Source of the DNA: an uncultured Planctomycetia bacterium
GTDB taxonomy: Bacteria; Omnitrophota; Gorgyraeia; CAYWPX01
Length of the DNA stretch: 64,000 bases
Reading direction: 5' to 3'
Assembly (NCBI GenBank): GCA_964460615.1
Contig: CAYWPX010000002.1
Coordinates: 71,220-135,219, forward strand
Translations under genes and position numbers: made by a program
Shown here: positions 49,150 through 57,518 of the stretch, one piece after another
How the letters are laid out: each line of letters opens with the position of its first letter
How positions within the stretch are numbered: the first letter of the stretch is position 1
Notes under the pieces: model-generated
Seen by the model: only the letters and a program-made list of their open reading frames with translations
Databases searched by the model: none
What the model was told of the DNA's origin: nothing

Positions 49150-50958
49150 TTAAAATTTAACCTTATGTTCCATGCCGATAAACTCTTCATTCTGGCCCTT
49201 CAGCTTCATTATCAGATTATCCTCTGATTTCACCTTATATTTAAACTCAACTTCGCTTCTTTTGGTCTCAGGGTTTTCATTATCATTATCCCGCCTGGTC
49301 CAGGTTTTAAGATTGATGTCAAAATCCTTGCCTACCTGTTTTGATAGGCTTACCTCGTCCTTTTCATTACGCTTTGCGATGTCCCAGCCGTCAAAAACAA
49401 TCGTGTTGTTATCAGTTGTCACCTGCAGGTTTTCCAAAAAACTGCTTTTCCCGATCTTGTTTGTATCTAAAAACCCGCTCAAAAGCAGATAGCCATTTTT
49501 TACTTTTATCCTTGAGTCCTCTATCTTAAGTATCGAATCTCTCCCGGTGAGGCTGGTGGTCATTTTTTCAAAATCAACATTCCCTATTGTACCACTATTC
49601 ACCTCGATCCGGCCTTTTGAGATATTCTCCTTTAAGTTGCCCTTGATTTCAAATTTGGCATTAAGGATCCCCGTAATACCCGCTCTTTCAGATGCCGGGA
49701 AAAGTTGCAAAAATTTTACAAGGTCCAGCTTATTTATTGAAAATGCCAGTTGCCCATTATAGGGTTTTTTATTATCAATAAACCCTGAGAAGCTGAACTC
49801 ATCTGTCAGATCAAGATTTTTAACTTCAAATCTGTCTTTATTGATAATAGCCTCTCCGGTCAATTTTCCATAAGGCTTATAATTTACAATGAGCTCATCG
49901 GATGCTAATTTTATCGAAATATCACGCTCGATATTCGAAGAACAAAAAACCCTGGTTACAAAATCAAAATTCCCTACTTTGCAGTGGTCAATCCTGGCAT
50001 CATAAAAAACTTCGGGGAATCCTGAGAAATCAACCGCTAAATCAATGTCACCTTCAAACAATTTAATATCAAAATTAGAAACAAGCTCTTTTAGGTCAAA
50101 TTGGCCGCTTAATAACCGCTTACTATCAATGTCAACGTTATATATATTTAAAAACTGATTATCAATGAAATATTCAACATCAAATTTTGTCAAAAGATCG
50201 TTGAATATCACGGTATTCCCGCTTACCAATATCGACCTGGTATCTCCTGCAATATCAATAAAACCGTTAAAATCATTATTCTTTATAAGCCCTGACATTG
50301 TAAGCTCCGGGCCAAAAAAAACATTTCTGATCCTGCCGCTTAATATCGTCTCTGTATCAAAAAATCTGCCTTTGACCTTATCTAGGATTATATCCTTATT
50401 ATCAAAGATTATATTCCCGTTCAAATTATTCAGGACGTATTTCCCTTCGGAGTTTAAAATAGCTCCGTCCGAAACAAATATGCCAAGCGGCTTATGCCAA
50501 AGTATATATTCAGGAAATTTAGTTAAAAATATTTTTGCCAGATCAAGTTTATCAAAATTTTGCTTATAAAAACTATCTTGAAGATCCTTCACTAAATACA
50601 GCCTTGGCCCATCAATCTCGATATGGCTCAGGACATCATAATTCTTCAAAAATATATCCCAGATCTTATAATTAAATGTAAGGGTTTTTATCTCAAGGAT
50701 ATTTTCCAGCTTATTATTGGATACCTTTGAAACCCTGATATCTCTTATCCCGATGTCCCGGGCAAATCCGCCTTCAATATCGCCGATCTTTACTATAAGA
50801 CCTGTATTTTTTGAAACTACCGTTTCAATAGTAATAAGAAAATTGCTTATCAGCGTATCTTTTTTTGCGTCAAAATATAGAAAAGCTTGCGCTAACAAAA
50901 CTACCAGTAGCATTGTAAGCAAAATAAGCCTTCTATTTTTGCCATGCCGGTTACGCAT
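49150..50958 (-). CDS. large membrane-anchored beta-rich protein, possibly AsmA/TamB-like
   Basis: N-terminal signal-anchor (LILLTMLLVVLLAQAF), then an approx. 570-aa repetitive segment with alternating hydrophobic residues. No catalytic motif recognised. Sits next to the Mla genes. Confidence 0.4.
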   Translation of the reverse strand: MRNRHGKNRRLILLTMLLVVLLAQAFLYFDAKKDTLISNFLITIETVVSKNTGLIVKIGDIEGGFARDIGIRDIRVSKVSNNKLENILEIKTLTFNYKIWDIFLKNYDVLSHIEIDGPRLYLVKDLQDSFYKQNFDKLDLAKIFLTKFPEYILWHKPLGIFVSDGAILNSEGKYVLNNLNGNIIFDNKDIILDKVKGRFFDTETILSGRIRNVFFGPELTMSGLIKNNDFNGFIDIAGDTRSILVSGNTVIFNDLLTKFDVEYFIDNQFLNIYNVDIDSKRLLSGQFDLKELVSNFDIKLFEGDIDLAVDFSGFPEVFYDARIDHCKVGNFDFVTRVFCSSNIERDISIKLASDELIVNYKPYGKLTGEAIINKDRFEVKNLDLTDEFSFSGFIDNKKPYNGQLAFSINKLDLVKFLQLFPASERAGITGILNAKFEIKGNLKENISKGRIEVNSGTIGNVDFEKMTTSLTGRDSILKIEDSRIKVKNGYLLLSGFLDTNKIGKSSFLENLQVTTDNNTIVFDGWDIAKRNEKDEVSLSKQVGKDFDINLKTWTRRDNDNENPETKRSEVEFKYKVKSEDNLIMKLKGQNEEFIGMEHKVKF

Positions 50959-51001
50959 ATTGAATCCAATTCTAAAAATAAATTAGCCAAACAAACTATT
51001 A

Positions 51002-53419
51002 CTATTCAAAAACCAATTTACTATCTTTAACAGTAGCTTTTACAACCTGATTTTCTTTAAACTTACCGCTTATTATCTCTTCTGCAAGAGGGTCTTCGAT
51101 ATACCTCTGAATTGTCCTTTTAAGCGGCCTGGCTCCGAAAACAACGTCGAAACCTTTTTCTATCAGGAATTCTTTTGCTTCGATGGTCATTTCGAGCTCA
51201 ATATTTTGTTCTTTAAGCCTACCCATGACTTCATCAAGCTCTATATCAACTATTTTCAAAAGGTCTTCTTTCTCCAAAGGCTTAAAAACAATGATATCGT
51301 CAATTCTGTTCAAAAATTCCGGCTTAAAGGTCTTTTTGATCTCTTCAAGGATCCTTGTTTTCATATCCTGATAGGTGACATCCGATTTGGCCTGCACAAA
51401 CCCTAATGATCCTTGTTTTCTGAGCATCTCTGCGCCGATATTGGATGTCATCAGAATGATAGTATTCTTAAAATCAACTTTTCTCCCGAATGAGTCTGTA
51501 AGGCGTCCTTCTTCGAATACCTGCAATAAGATATTAAAAACATCGGGGTGCGCCTTTTCAATCTCATCAAGTATAATTACCGAATAAGGCCTGCGCCTTA
51601 CTTTTTCAGTGAGCTGTCCGCCCTCTTCATACCCGACATATCCCGGAGGAGCTCCGACAAGCCTTGAAACATTGAACTTTTCCATGTATTCAGACATATC
51701 TATCTGAATGACTGCATTCTCATCGCCGAACATATATTCGGCAAGGACTTTGCCCAAAAGCGTTTTTCCTACACCCGTCGGCCCCAAAAATATAAATGAA
51801 CCAATGGGCCTTTTTGGGTCTTTTATCCCGGAACGCGATCGCCTGACAGCATGTGCAATAGCGCTTATCGCCTCTTTCTGCCCAACAACCTTCTTCGTGA
51901 GGCCTTCCTCCATCTTAAGGAATTTTTCAGTCTCTTTTTCTTCCAACCTCAGAAGAGGGATACCTGTGATCTTGGAAACAATAGTAGCTATGTCATCGGC
52001 AGTTACTTTTGGATAAGACTCTGCTTTGGACTCTTTCCAGTCTTTCTTAATCTTTTCAAGTTTCTCTTTAGCTTTTCTTTCTTTATCCCTAAAAGTCGCG
52101 GCCTTTTCAAAATCCTGGCCTTTAACGGCGGATTCCTTCTCTTTTTTGAACTCTTTTATCTCATCCTCAACTTTTTTTAGATCCGGCGGGGCAACCATAG
52201 TATTAAGCCTTGCCCTTGAACCTGCTTCGTCTATTAGGTCTATTGCCTTATCCGGCAAAAACCTGCCGCTGATGTACCTGTCGGAAAGTTTTGCCGCAGC
52301 CTCTACCGCTTCATCGAGAAACTTCACCCTGTGATGAGCCTCGTATTTATCCCTTAAGCCTTTTAATATCTCAACTGTTTCCAAGACGCTCGGCGGCTCG
52401 ACCATGATCGTCTGGAATCTTCTTTCCAAAGCAGCGTCTTTTTCAATATGCTTTCTGTATTCATCAAGTGTTGTCGCGCCTATACATTGTATTTCGCCTC
52501 TTGAAAGAGCCGGCTTTAGGATATTTGAAGCATCTATCGCCCCTTCAGCCCCGCCTGCTCCTACGAGAGTATGGAGCTCATCAATAAATACAATGATATT
52601 CTCGGAACGCTTTATCTCGTCCATTACAGTCTTTATTCTTTCTTCAAACTGTCCTCTGTATTTTGTCCCTGCGACCATCAAAGCAAGATCAAGCACTATC
52701 ACTCTTTTATCTTTAAGGACTTCGGGAATATCTCCCACTACTATTTTCTGCGCCAGGCCTTCAACGATCGCGGTCTTTCCTACGCCGGCCTCGCCTAAAA
52801 GTACGGGATTATTTTTTGTCCGCCTTGAAAGGATTTGGATAACTCTTTCGATCTCATTTTTTCTGTTCACTACCGGGTCAAGCTTATCCTGCCTTGCTAA
52901 AGCTGTCAGGTCCCTTCCGAATGCATCGAGTGCCGGAGTCTTTGCCTTCTGTTGTTTTGGTGGAGCGCCGAAACCCGGTGTAGCCGATCCGAGTAACTGC
53001 ATAACTTCATTTCTTACTTTATCGAGGTCCAGGCCAAGATTTATCAAAACCTGCGCAGCAACACCCTCGCCTTCGCGTATAAGCCCAAGAAGGATATGCT
53101 CAGTGCCGATATAATTATGCCCCATGGATTCCGCTTCATCCATGGCCAGTTCAATAGCCTTCTTGGCTTTAGGATTAAAAGGAATATCGCCTGAAACAAC
53201 TGTAGTGGGCCCGGGTTGAACGACTTTTTCTATTTCCATCCTTATTTTTTCAGGGTCTAATCCGACTCCGACCAAAACCGCAGCAGCAACACCTTCGCCC
53301 TCTCGTATAAGCCCAAGAAGGATATGCTCAGTCCCGATATAATCATGATTAAACCTTTTGGCTTCCTCTTTTGCCAATAATATTACTTTACGAGCTCGCT
53401 CTGTAAATCTATTGAACAT
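51002..53419 (-). CDS. clpC: ATP-dependent Clp protease ATP-binding subunit ClpC
   Basis: Duplicated Clp_N repeat (YIGTEHILLGLIREGEGVAA x2), two AAA+ modules (GEAGVGKTAIVEGLA; GPTGVGKTLLGKVLA) and a UVR-like coiled coil between them. Confidence 0.9.
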   Translation of the reverse strand: MFNRFTERARKVILLAKEEAKRFNHDYIGTEHILLGLIREGEGVAAAVLVGVGLDPEKIRMEIEKVVQPGPTTVVSGDIPFNPKAKKAIELAMDEAESMGHNYIGTEHILLGLIREGEGVAAQVLINLGLDLDKVRNEVMQLLGSATPGFGAPPKQQKAKTPALDAFGRDLTALARQDKLDPVVNRKNEIERVIQILSRRTKNNPVLLGEAGVGKTAIVEGLAQKIVVGDIPEVLKDKRVIVLDLALMVAGTKYRGQFEERIKTVMDEIKRSENIIVFIDELHTLVGAGGAEGAIDASNILKPALSRGEIQCIGATTLDEYRKHIEKDAALERRFQTIMVEPPSVLETVEILKGLRDKYEAHHRVKFLDEAVEAAAKLSDRYISGRFLPDKAIDLIDEAGSRARLNTMVAPPDLKKVEDEIKEFKKEKESAVKGQDFEKAATFRDKERKAKEKLEKIKKDWKESKAESYPKVTADDIATIVSKITGIPLLRLEEKETEKFLKMEEGLTKKVVGQKEAISAIAHAVRRSRSGIKDPKRPIGSFIFLGPTGVGKTLLGKVLAEYMFGDENAVIQIDMSEYMEKFNVSRLVGAPPGYVGYEEGGQLTEKVRRRPYSVIILDEIEKAHPDVFNILLQVFEEGRLTDSFGRKVDFKNTIILMTSNIGAEMLRKQGSLGFVQAKSDVTYQDMKTRILEEIKKTFKPEFLNRIDDIIVFKPLEKEDLLKIVDIELDEVMGRLKEQNIELEMTIEAKEFLIEKGFDVVFGARPLKRTIQRYIEDPLAEEIISGKFKENQVVKATVKDSKLVFE

Positions 53420-53514
53420 TTATTGCCTCCGTGTAATTCAGATGACAGAAGTCAGAAAACAGAAATCAGATTTTTTTCTGTCTTCTGACCTCTTTTTTCT
53501 ATTTTCTTTCTTTA
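53420..53514 (-). promoter_or_regulatory. 5' spacer of clpC carrying a CAGAA-phase heptamer array and hairpin (gtcagaaaacag...ctgtcttctgac), related in words to the ilvC-leuA spacer
   Basis: cagatga|cagaagt|cagaaaa|cagaaat|cagattt then ttttctgtcttctgac. It shares gatgacagaag with 22294-22408. Confidence 0.45.
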
Positions 53515-54561
53515 TTATTTCAATTTTTCTCTTATTAGATCAGATCTTTTAACATCCCTCTCTACAGAGGATAATATCTTTCCTTCCAATTTCTGCAGAT
53601 GAGCAGGCTGAGAAAGTATTAAAATCTCATTTATCATTTTAAGGTCGATATTTTTCGTAAGCTCCATATCAACCCCCAATTTCACATCCGATAACAATCT
53701 TACGGCCTCTTCGCTCGTTATGATCCTGGCGCTTTTTAAAGTGCCATACGCACGAAAGATCCTATCAGAGATAAGTTCCCGGCTTTTTGTAAAAAGTATA
53801 TCCCTTGCACTTTTTTCCCTGACGATTATCTGTTTCACTATCTTTTCAAGATTATCTATTACATCGCTTTCAGGCCTTCCCAAGGTTGACTGGTTCGACA
53901 TCTGAAAAAAGTTACCGACTGCTTCGGTCCCTTCGCCATAAAACCCTCTTACTGCAAAATTTAATTTTGCGAGAGCCTGGAAGATCTTTCCTATCTGATT
54001 AGTCATCACCAGAGCCGGCAGATGCATCATTACTGATGCTCTCATACCGGTACCGGTATTGGTAGGACATGCCGTCAGATACCCGAACTTGGAAGAAAAA
54101 GCGATGTTTAATTGAGAAGAAATTTCTGTATCTATCTTATCGATTATCTTCATTGAGTCGGACAGATTAAGCCCTGACTGCATAGCTTGCAGCCTCAGGT
54201 GGTCCTCTTCATTTATCATCAAAGATATTGTTTCGCGGTCGTCGATTAAAAGTGCCTTGCCGTCACCTTTTACGGCATGCTCTCTGGAAATCAAATGCCG
54301 TTCTACTAAGAATATCCTGTCAAGGTCACTTAGATTATTCATGTACAAAAAAAGTGAATTTTTCGGAAAAGAAGATTTTTCTACGGCCTTCTTGACCGCA
54401 TCCAAAATCTCTTCGAGTTTCTTCTTAGAGGCCCAGTTCGGAAAAGGCAACTTGTCCAGATTGCGTGCCAGCCTGACCCTTGAAGACAGCACTATATCCA
54501 CATTAGGGCCGGTCCCCTTGAGCCATTCTCCTGTTGAATAAAGCAATTCATCCAGTTTCAT
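53515..54561 (-). CDS. mcsB: protein arginine kinase McsB (ATP:guanido phosphotransferase)
   Basis: TACPTNTGTGMRASVMMHLPAL is the phosphagen-kinase active-site signature. 348 aa. Confidence 0.85.
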   Translation of the reverse strand: MKLDELLYSTGEWLKGTGPNVDIVLSSRVRLARNLDKLPFPNWASKKKLEEILDAVKKAVEKSSFPKNSLFLYMNNLSDLDRIFLVERHLISREHAVKGDGKALLIDDRETISLMINEEDHLRLQAMQSGLNLSDSMKIIDKIDTEISSQLNIAFSSKFGYLTACPTNTGTGMRASVMMHLPALVMTNQIGKIFQALAKLNFAVRGFYGEGTEAVGNFFQMSNQSTLGRPESDVIDNLEKIVKQIIVREKSARDILFTKSRELISDRIFRAYGTLKSARIITSEEAVRLLSDVKLGVDMELTKNIDLKMINEILILSQPAHLQKLEGKILSSVERDVKRSDLIREKLK

Positions 54562-54572
54562 TATCAGATATC

Positions 54573-55061
54573 CTATTTTTTCTCAAGCTCTTTTATCAGA
54601 TCGCGCAGTTTTGCCGCCTCTTCAAATTCTTCTTTCTCAATCGCCACTCTAAGCTTTTTCTTCAACTCCTCGATATCCAGTTCTGACTTGACTGTTTTTG
54701 GTAGCATCGCCGGCACCTTTCCTAAATGTTGGCTTGATCCGTGTATTCTTTTTAACAAAGGGTCCAGATTTTTCTTGAAGGATGTATAACATTCACTGCA
54801 TCCGAGCCTGCCTGTCTTTTTAAAATCTCTGTAAGTCATGTTGCAATTTTTGCATTTTATTGCAAGCTCTTCTCCTTTTTCTATCTGCGTCCCAAAATCC
54901 GCTAAACCTGCCAGCAAATCCGCCAGCCCGAAGTGGTCTTCCATCTCCGAGCCCTTCTTAATTGCGCACTCCTCACAAAGATGCAGCTTCGTGATCTGAT
55001 CATTTATTATTTCGGTCAGATGTACCGTTGCTTCATTTTTACCGCAAATATTGCACAGCAT
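54573..55061 (-). CDS. mcsA: McsA-like protein with zinc fingers and a UVR motif
   Basis: CNICGKNEATVHLTEI...CEEC, a second CKNC...CSEC, and C-terminal EEFEEAAKLRDLIKELE (UVR). Confidence 0.75.
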   Translation of the reverse strand: MLCNICGKNEATVHLTEIINDQITKLHLCEECAIKKGSEMEDHFGLADLLAGLADFGTQIEKGEELAIKCKNCNMTYRDFKKTGRLGCSECYTSFKKNLDPLLKRIHGSSQHLGKVPAMLPKTVKSELDIEELKKKLRVAIEKEEFEEAAKLRDLIKELEKK

Positions 55062-55088
55062 AATTACTACCCCTTTTTAGCCCATCAA

Positions 55089-55113
55089 CTATGAGCTATG
55101 AACCATGAGCTGA
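55089..55113 (-). repeat. ATGAGC-heptad array (family B copy 4) upstream of mcsA: ctatgag|ctatgaa|ccatgag|ctga
   Basis: Read 25-45 nt upstream of the mcsA start, where a CtsR-type operator would sit in Firmicutes. Confidence 0.5.
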
Positions 55114-55116
55114 TAA

Positions 55117-55758
55117 TTATTTATTATTAAGCTTTTTTGATCTCAGATCGCTTGTAAGCTCGTCTATCTCCTGCAGTTGTTCAGTCAGTTTTTCAATATT
55201 TACATTATCTTTTTTAAGGTCCGACATGACTAAGCTTATTTTATCTTTTACCTGATCGATAACCCTCAGGTCCTGATACATCTTATCGCGAAGCGAATGG
55301 ACCATATGATTGAATGCCCCCGCCATCTCTTTAAGCTGATCTTTTTTTCTTATCTGGACCGTCTGAAGCTCGTTATCGACTCCAACGAGATTGATAAATT
55401 TTGTCAACCTAAAAAGAGGGCCTGCTATCCTATGAGATGAATATATCCCGACAAAGAGCAATAGTATACCCATAAATAGCGCCGCCAAGATGATTTTTAT
55501 AACAAATGAATTCTCTATTGATTTTATATATTCTTTTGATAAGGCATTGTCGCCGACCATTCTATAGAAAAGCTCTAAATACTCCTTATTTAGGTACCAA
55601 AGCGCAAACCCAAATATCAATGTTATCAGAGTAACATGCAAAATCAACTGGCCGCTATAAGCAAGCTGGAGCGGCTTATTTACCAGATATTGCGTACGTT
55701 TATAATTTTTTTTCGCCATCTTTCCCTCCGATTTTTGTAAAAACAAGCGATTAAGCAA
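55117..55758 (-). CDS. membrane protein with HAMP domain
   Basis: Two TM helices flank a periplasmic segment, then IAGPLFRLTKFINLVG...LKEMAGAFNHMVHSL (HAMP-like) and a coiled coil. Confidence 0.5.
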   Translation of the reverse strand: MLNRLFLQKSEGKMAKKNYKRTQYLVNKPLQLAYSGQLILHVTLITLIFGFALWYLNKEYLELFYRMVGDNALSKEYIKSIENSFVIKIILAALFMGILLLFVGIYSSHRIAGPLFRLTKFINLVGVDNELQTVQIRKKDQLKEMAGAFNHMVHSLRDKMYQDLRVIDQVKDKISLVMSDLKKDNVNIEKLTEQLQEIDELTSDLRSKKLNNK

Positions 55759-55832
55759 TTATGCTATTATGCGATTAGGTATTTTTTACCTAATTACCCA
55801 ATCACATAATCGCCCAATCGCTGATTTTTTAC
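55759..55832 (-). terminator. long imperfect nested palindrome (GCGATTA-type 8-mers x4, inner 8-bp hairpin attaggta-ttttt-tacctaat, inverse arm), followed on the transcript strand by UGUUUUUAC; candidate ilvE terminator
   Basis: The plus strand reads gcgattaa|gcaattat|gctattat|gcgattag gtatttttt acctaatt ... taatcgcccaatcgc. Confidence 0.35.
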
Positions 55833-56708
55833 TTAATACTTCACGCCTTCTTTTTTTGTAAGCTTTTTGAATTCCTGTATCAAGAACAATGTCTTCTCTC
55901 CGGGTTTTCCGCTGCCGATTATCCTGCCGTCAAGCTTGACCACCGGGATAACCTCTGCGGCAGTACCTGTAAGAAAACACTCATCTGCATTAAAAATATC
56001 GTGCCTCGATAACACCGCCTCTTTAAATGAAACTTCTTTTGTGGATTTAGCGATATCTATGACTGCATTTCTGGTTATTCCGCACAATGCGCCCATATAA
56101 GAAGGAGGTGTAGTAAGTGCGCCATTTTTAATGATAAAAATATTATCACCCGAGCACTCTACGACATATCCTGCGTTATTCAGCATAATACATTCTTCGC
56201 AACCCGCTTTAACAGCTTCAATCTTTGCCATGATATTATTTAGATAATTAAGAGATTTTATCTGAGGATTAAGCGCCTCCGGGATATTGCGCCTTGTGGC
56301 GACAGTCACCAATTCCAAGCCTTCTTTATATAATTTTTCAGGATAGAGAGTGATCTTATCCGTTATGATAATTATTGTGGCTTTAGAACATTTTCTCGGA
56401 TCGAGCCCAAGGTCCCCTTTGCCTCTCGTAACGACAAGTCTGATATAAGCGTCCGTGAGATTGTTTATTTTAAGCGTTGCAACAACAGCCTCGATCATCT
56501 CTTTTTTTGAAATAGGGATTTCAAGCATTATCGACCTGGCGGATTCATAAAGCCTATCTATATGCTCCTTAAGCTTAAAAACAAGGCTGTCGTATGACCT
56601 TATTCCCTCAAAAACACCGTCACCATAGAGAAGCCCGTGGTCAAATACAGATATCTTTGCATCATCCTTTTCATAATACTGCCCGTCGATATAAATTTTT
56701 AGTCCCAT
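55833..56708 (-). CDS. ilvE: branched-chain amino acid aminotransferase (class IV PLP enzyme)
   Basis: VFDHGLLYGDGVFEGIRSY...TRRNIPEALNPQIKSLNYLNNIMAKIEA...ECFLTGTAAEV. Confidence 0.85.
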   Translation of the reverse strand: MGLKIYIDGQYYEKDDAKISVFDHGLLYGDGVFEGIRSYDSLVFKLKEHIDRLYESARSIMLEIPISKKEMIEAVVATLKINNLTDAYIRLVVTRGKGDLGLDPRKCSKATIIIITDKITLYPEKLYKEGLELVTVATRRNIPEALNPQIKSLNYLNNIMAKIEAVKAGCEECIMLNNAGYVVECSGDNIFIIKNGALTTPPSYMGALCGITRNAVIDIAKSTKEVSFKEAVLSRHDIFNADECFLTGTAAEVIPVVKLDGRIIGSGKPGEKTLFLIQEFKKLTKKEGVKY

Positions 56709-56825
56709 AATTACCTCTTATCCCGTACTTCGCCCATCGTATTTCGTACATTGTTTTTTAAAATTATTATTTTAATTTTTTCAATATACGATATACGAAG
56801 TACAATGTACTGTTTTTTTAAAGTA
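56709..56825 (-). repeat. GTAC-rich tandem-heptamer element (family A copy 5) with an AT-rich core, directly upstream of ilvE
   Basis: ccgtact|tcgccca|tcgtatt|tcgtaca ... AT-rich ... atatacg|atatacg|aagtaca|atgtact. Confidence 0.55.
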
Positions 56826-57518
56826 CTATATCAATACTCCGTCTTTTATATTCAGAATCCTGTCAGAAACCTTTGATAGATCTTTATTATGAGTCACTAT
56901 TATGAAAGTCGTTCTATCAATTTTATTTATCTCTTTTAATAGGCCAAATACCTCTTCACTGGTCTTAGAATCAAGATTTCCGGTCGGCTCATCACAAAAA
57001 ACAATATCCGGCTTATTCAATAATGCCCTTGCTATGGCTACCCTCTGTTGTTCTCCACCGGAAAGTTCTTTTGGCCTGTGCGTTAATCTTTTTTCGAGAC
57101 CTACAAGTTTCAAGGCCTTATGCGCATCTATCCTGCAATCTTTTAAAGAGCTCTGAAAATTTTTATTAATGAGCCGCGTTATCATAACGTTCTCTAATGC
57201 GTTTAGTTCGTTCAGGAGATGGTAGAACTGAAACACAAAACCCATCCTCTTATTACGTAATGCACTTTTGGCCTTATCAGAGAGATGTTTTAGATTTTTT
57301 CCGTCAAATAAAACCATACCGCTCGTCGGCTCATCGATCCCGCCTAGTATATGGAGAAGAGTCGACTTACCGGCTCCTGACGGGCCTACTATAGAAACAA
57401 ACTCTCCGGTCTTAATTTCAAGGTCTATATCTTTGATGACATGAAGGGATTTTTTCCCTTCAAAAAATTTTTTGTTAAGTCCTTTAGCGATTATTATACT
57501 ATTCATATCTAAGGGCAT
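56826..57518 (-). CDS. lolD: ABC transporter ATP-binding protein, LolD-like
   Basis: GPSGAGKSTLLHILGG, LSGGEQQRVAIARAL, VFCDEPTGNLD. Paired with an FtsX-like permease. Confidence 0.8.
   Translation of the reverse strand: MPLDMNSIIIAKGLNKKFFEGKKSLHVIKDIDLEIKTGEFVSIVGPSGAGKSTLLHILGGIDEPTSGMVLFDGKNLKHLSDKAKSALRNKRMGFVFQFYHLLNELNALENVMITRLINKNFQSSLKDCRIDAHKALKLVGLEKRLTHRPKELSGGEQQRVAIARALLNKPDIVFCDEPTGNLDSKTSEEVFGLLKEINKIDRTTFIIVTHNKDLSKVSDRILNIKDGVLI

Noticed and set aside
52404-53114. 236-aa plus-strand ORF, and many other plus-strand ORFs of 60-223 aa in the track (e.g. 25947-26618, 20136-20768, 749-1054)
   Set aside because: Each lies antisense inside a well-supported minus-strand gene. They have low-complexity Ser/Pro/Phe-rich translations with no recognisable motifs. 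They look like typical antisense artefacts in low-GC DNA.
55062-55116. CtsR operator upstream of mcsA
   Set aside because: No GGTCAAA-NAN-GGTCAAA heptad pair is present. The repeat there is ATGAGC-type, and no ctsR gene is in the window.
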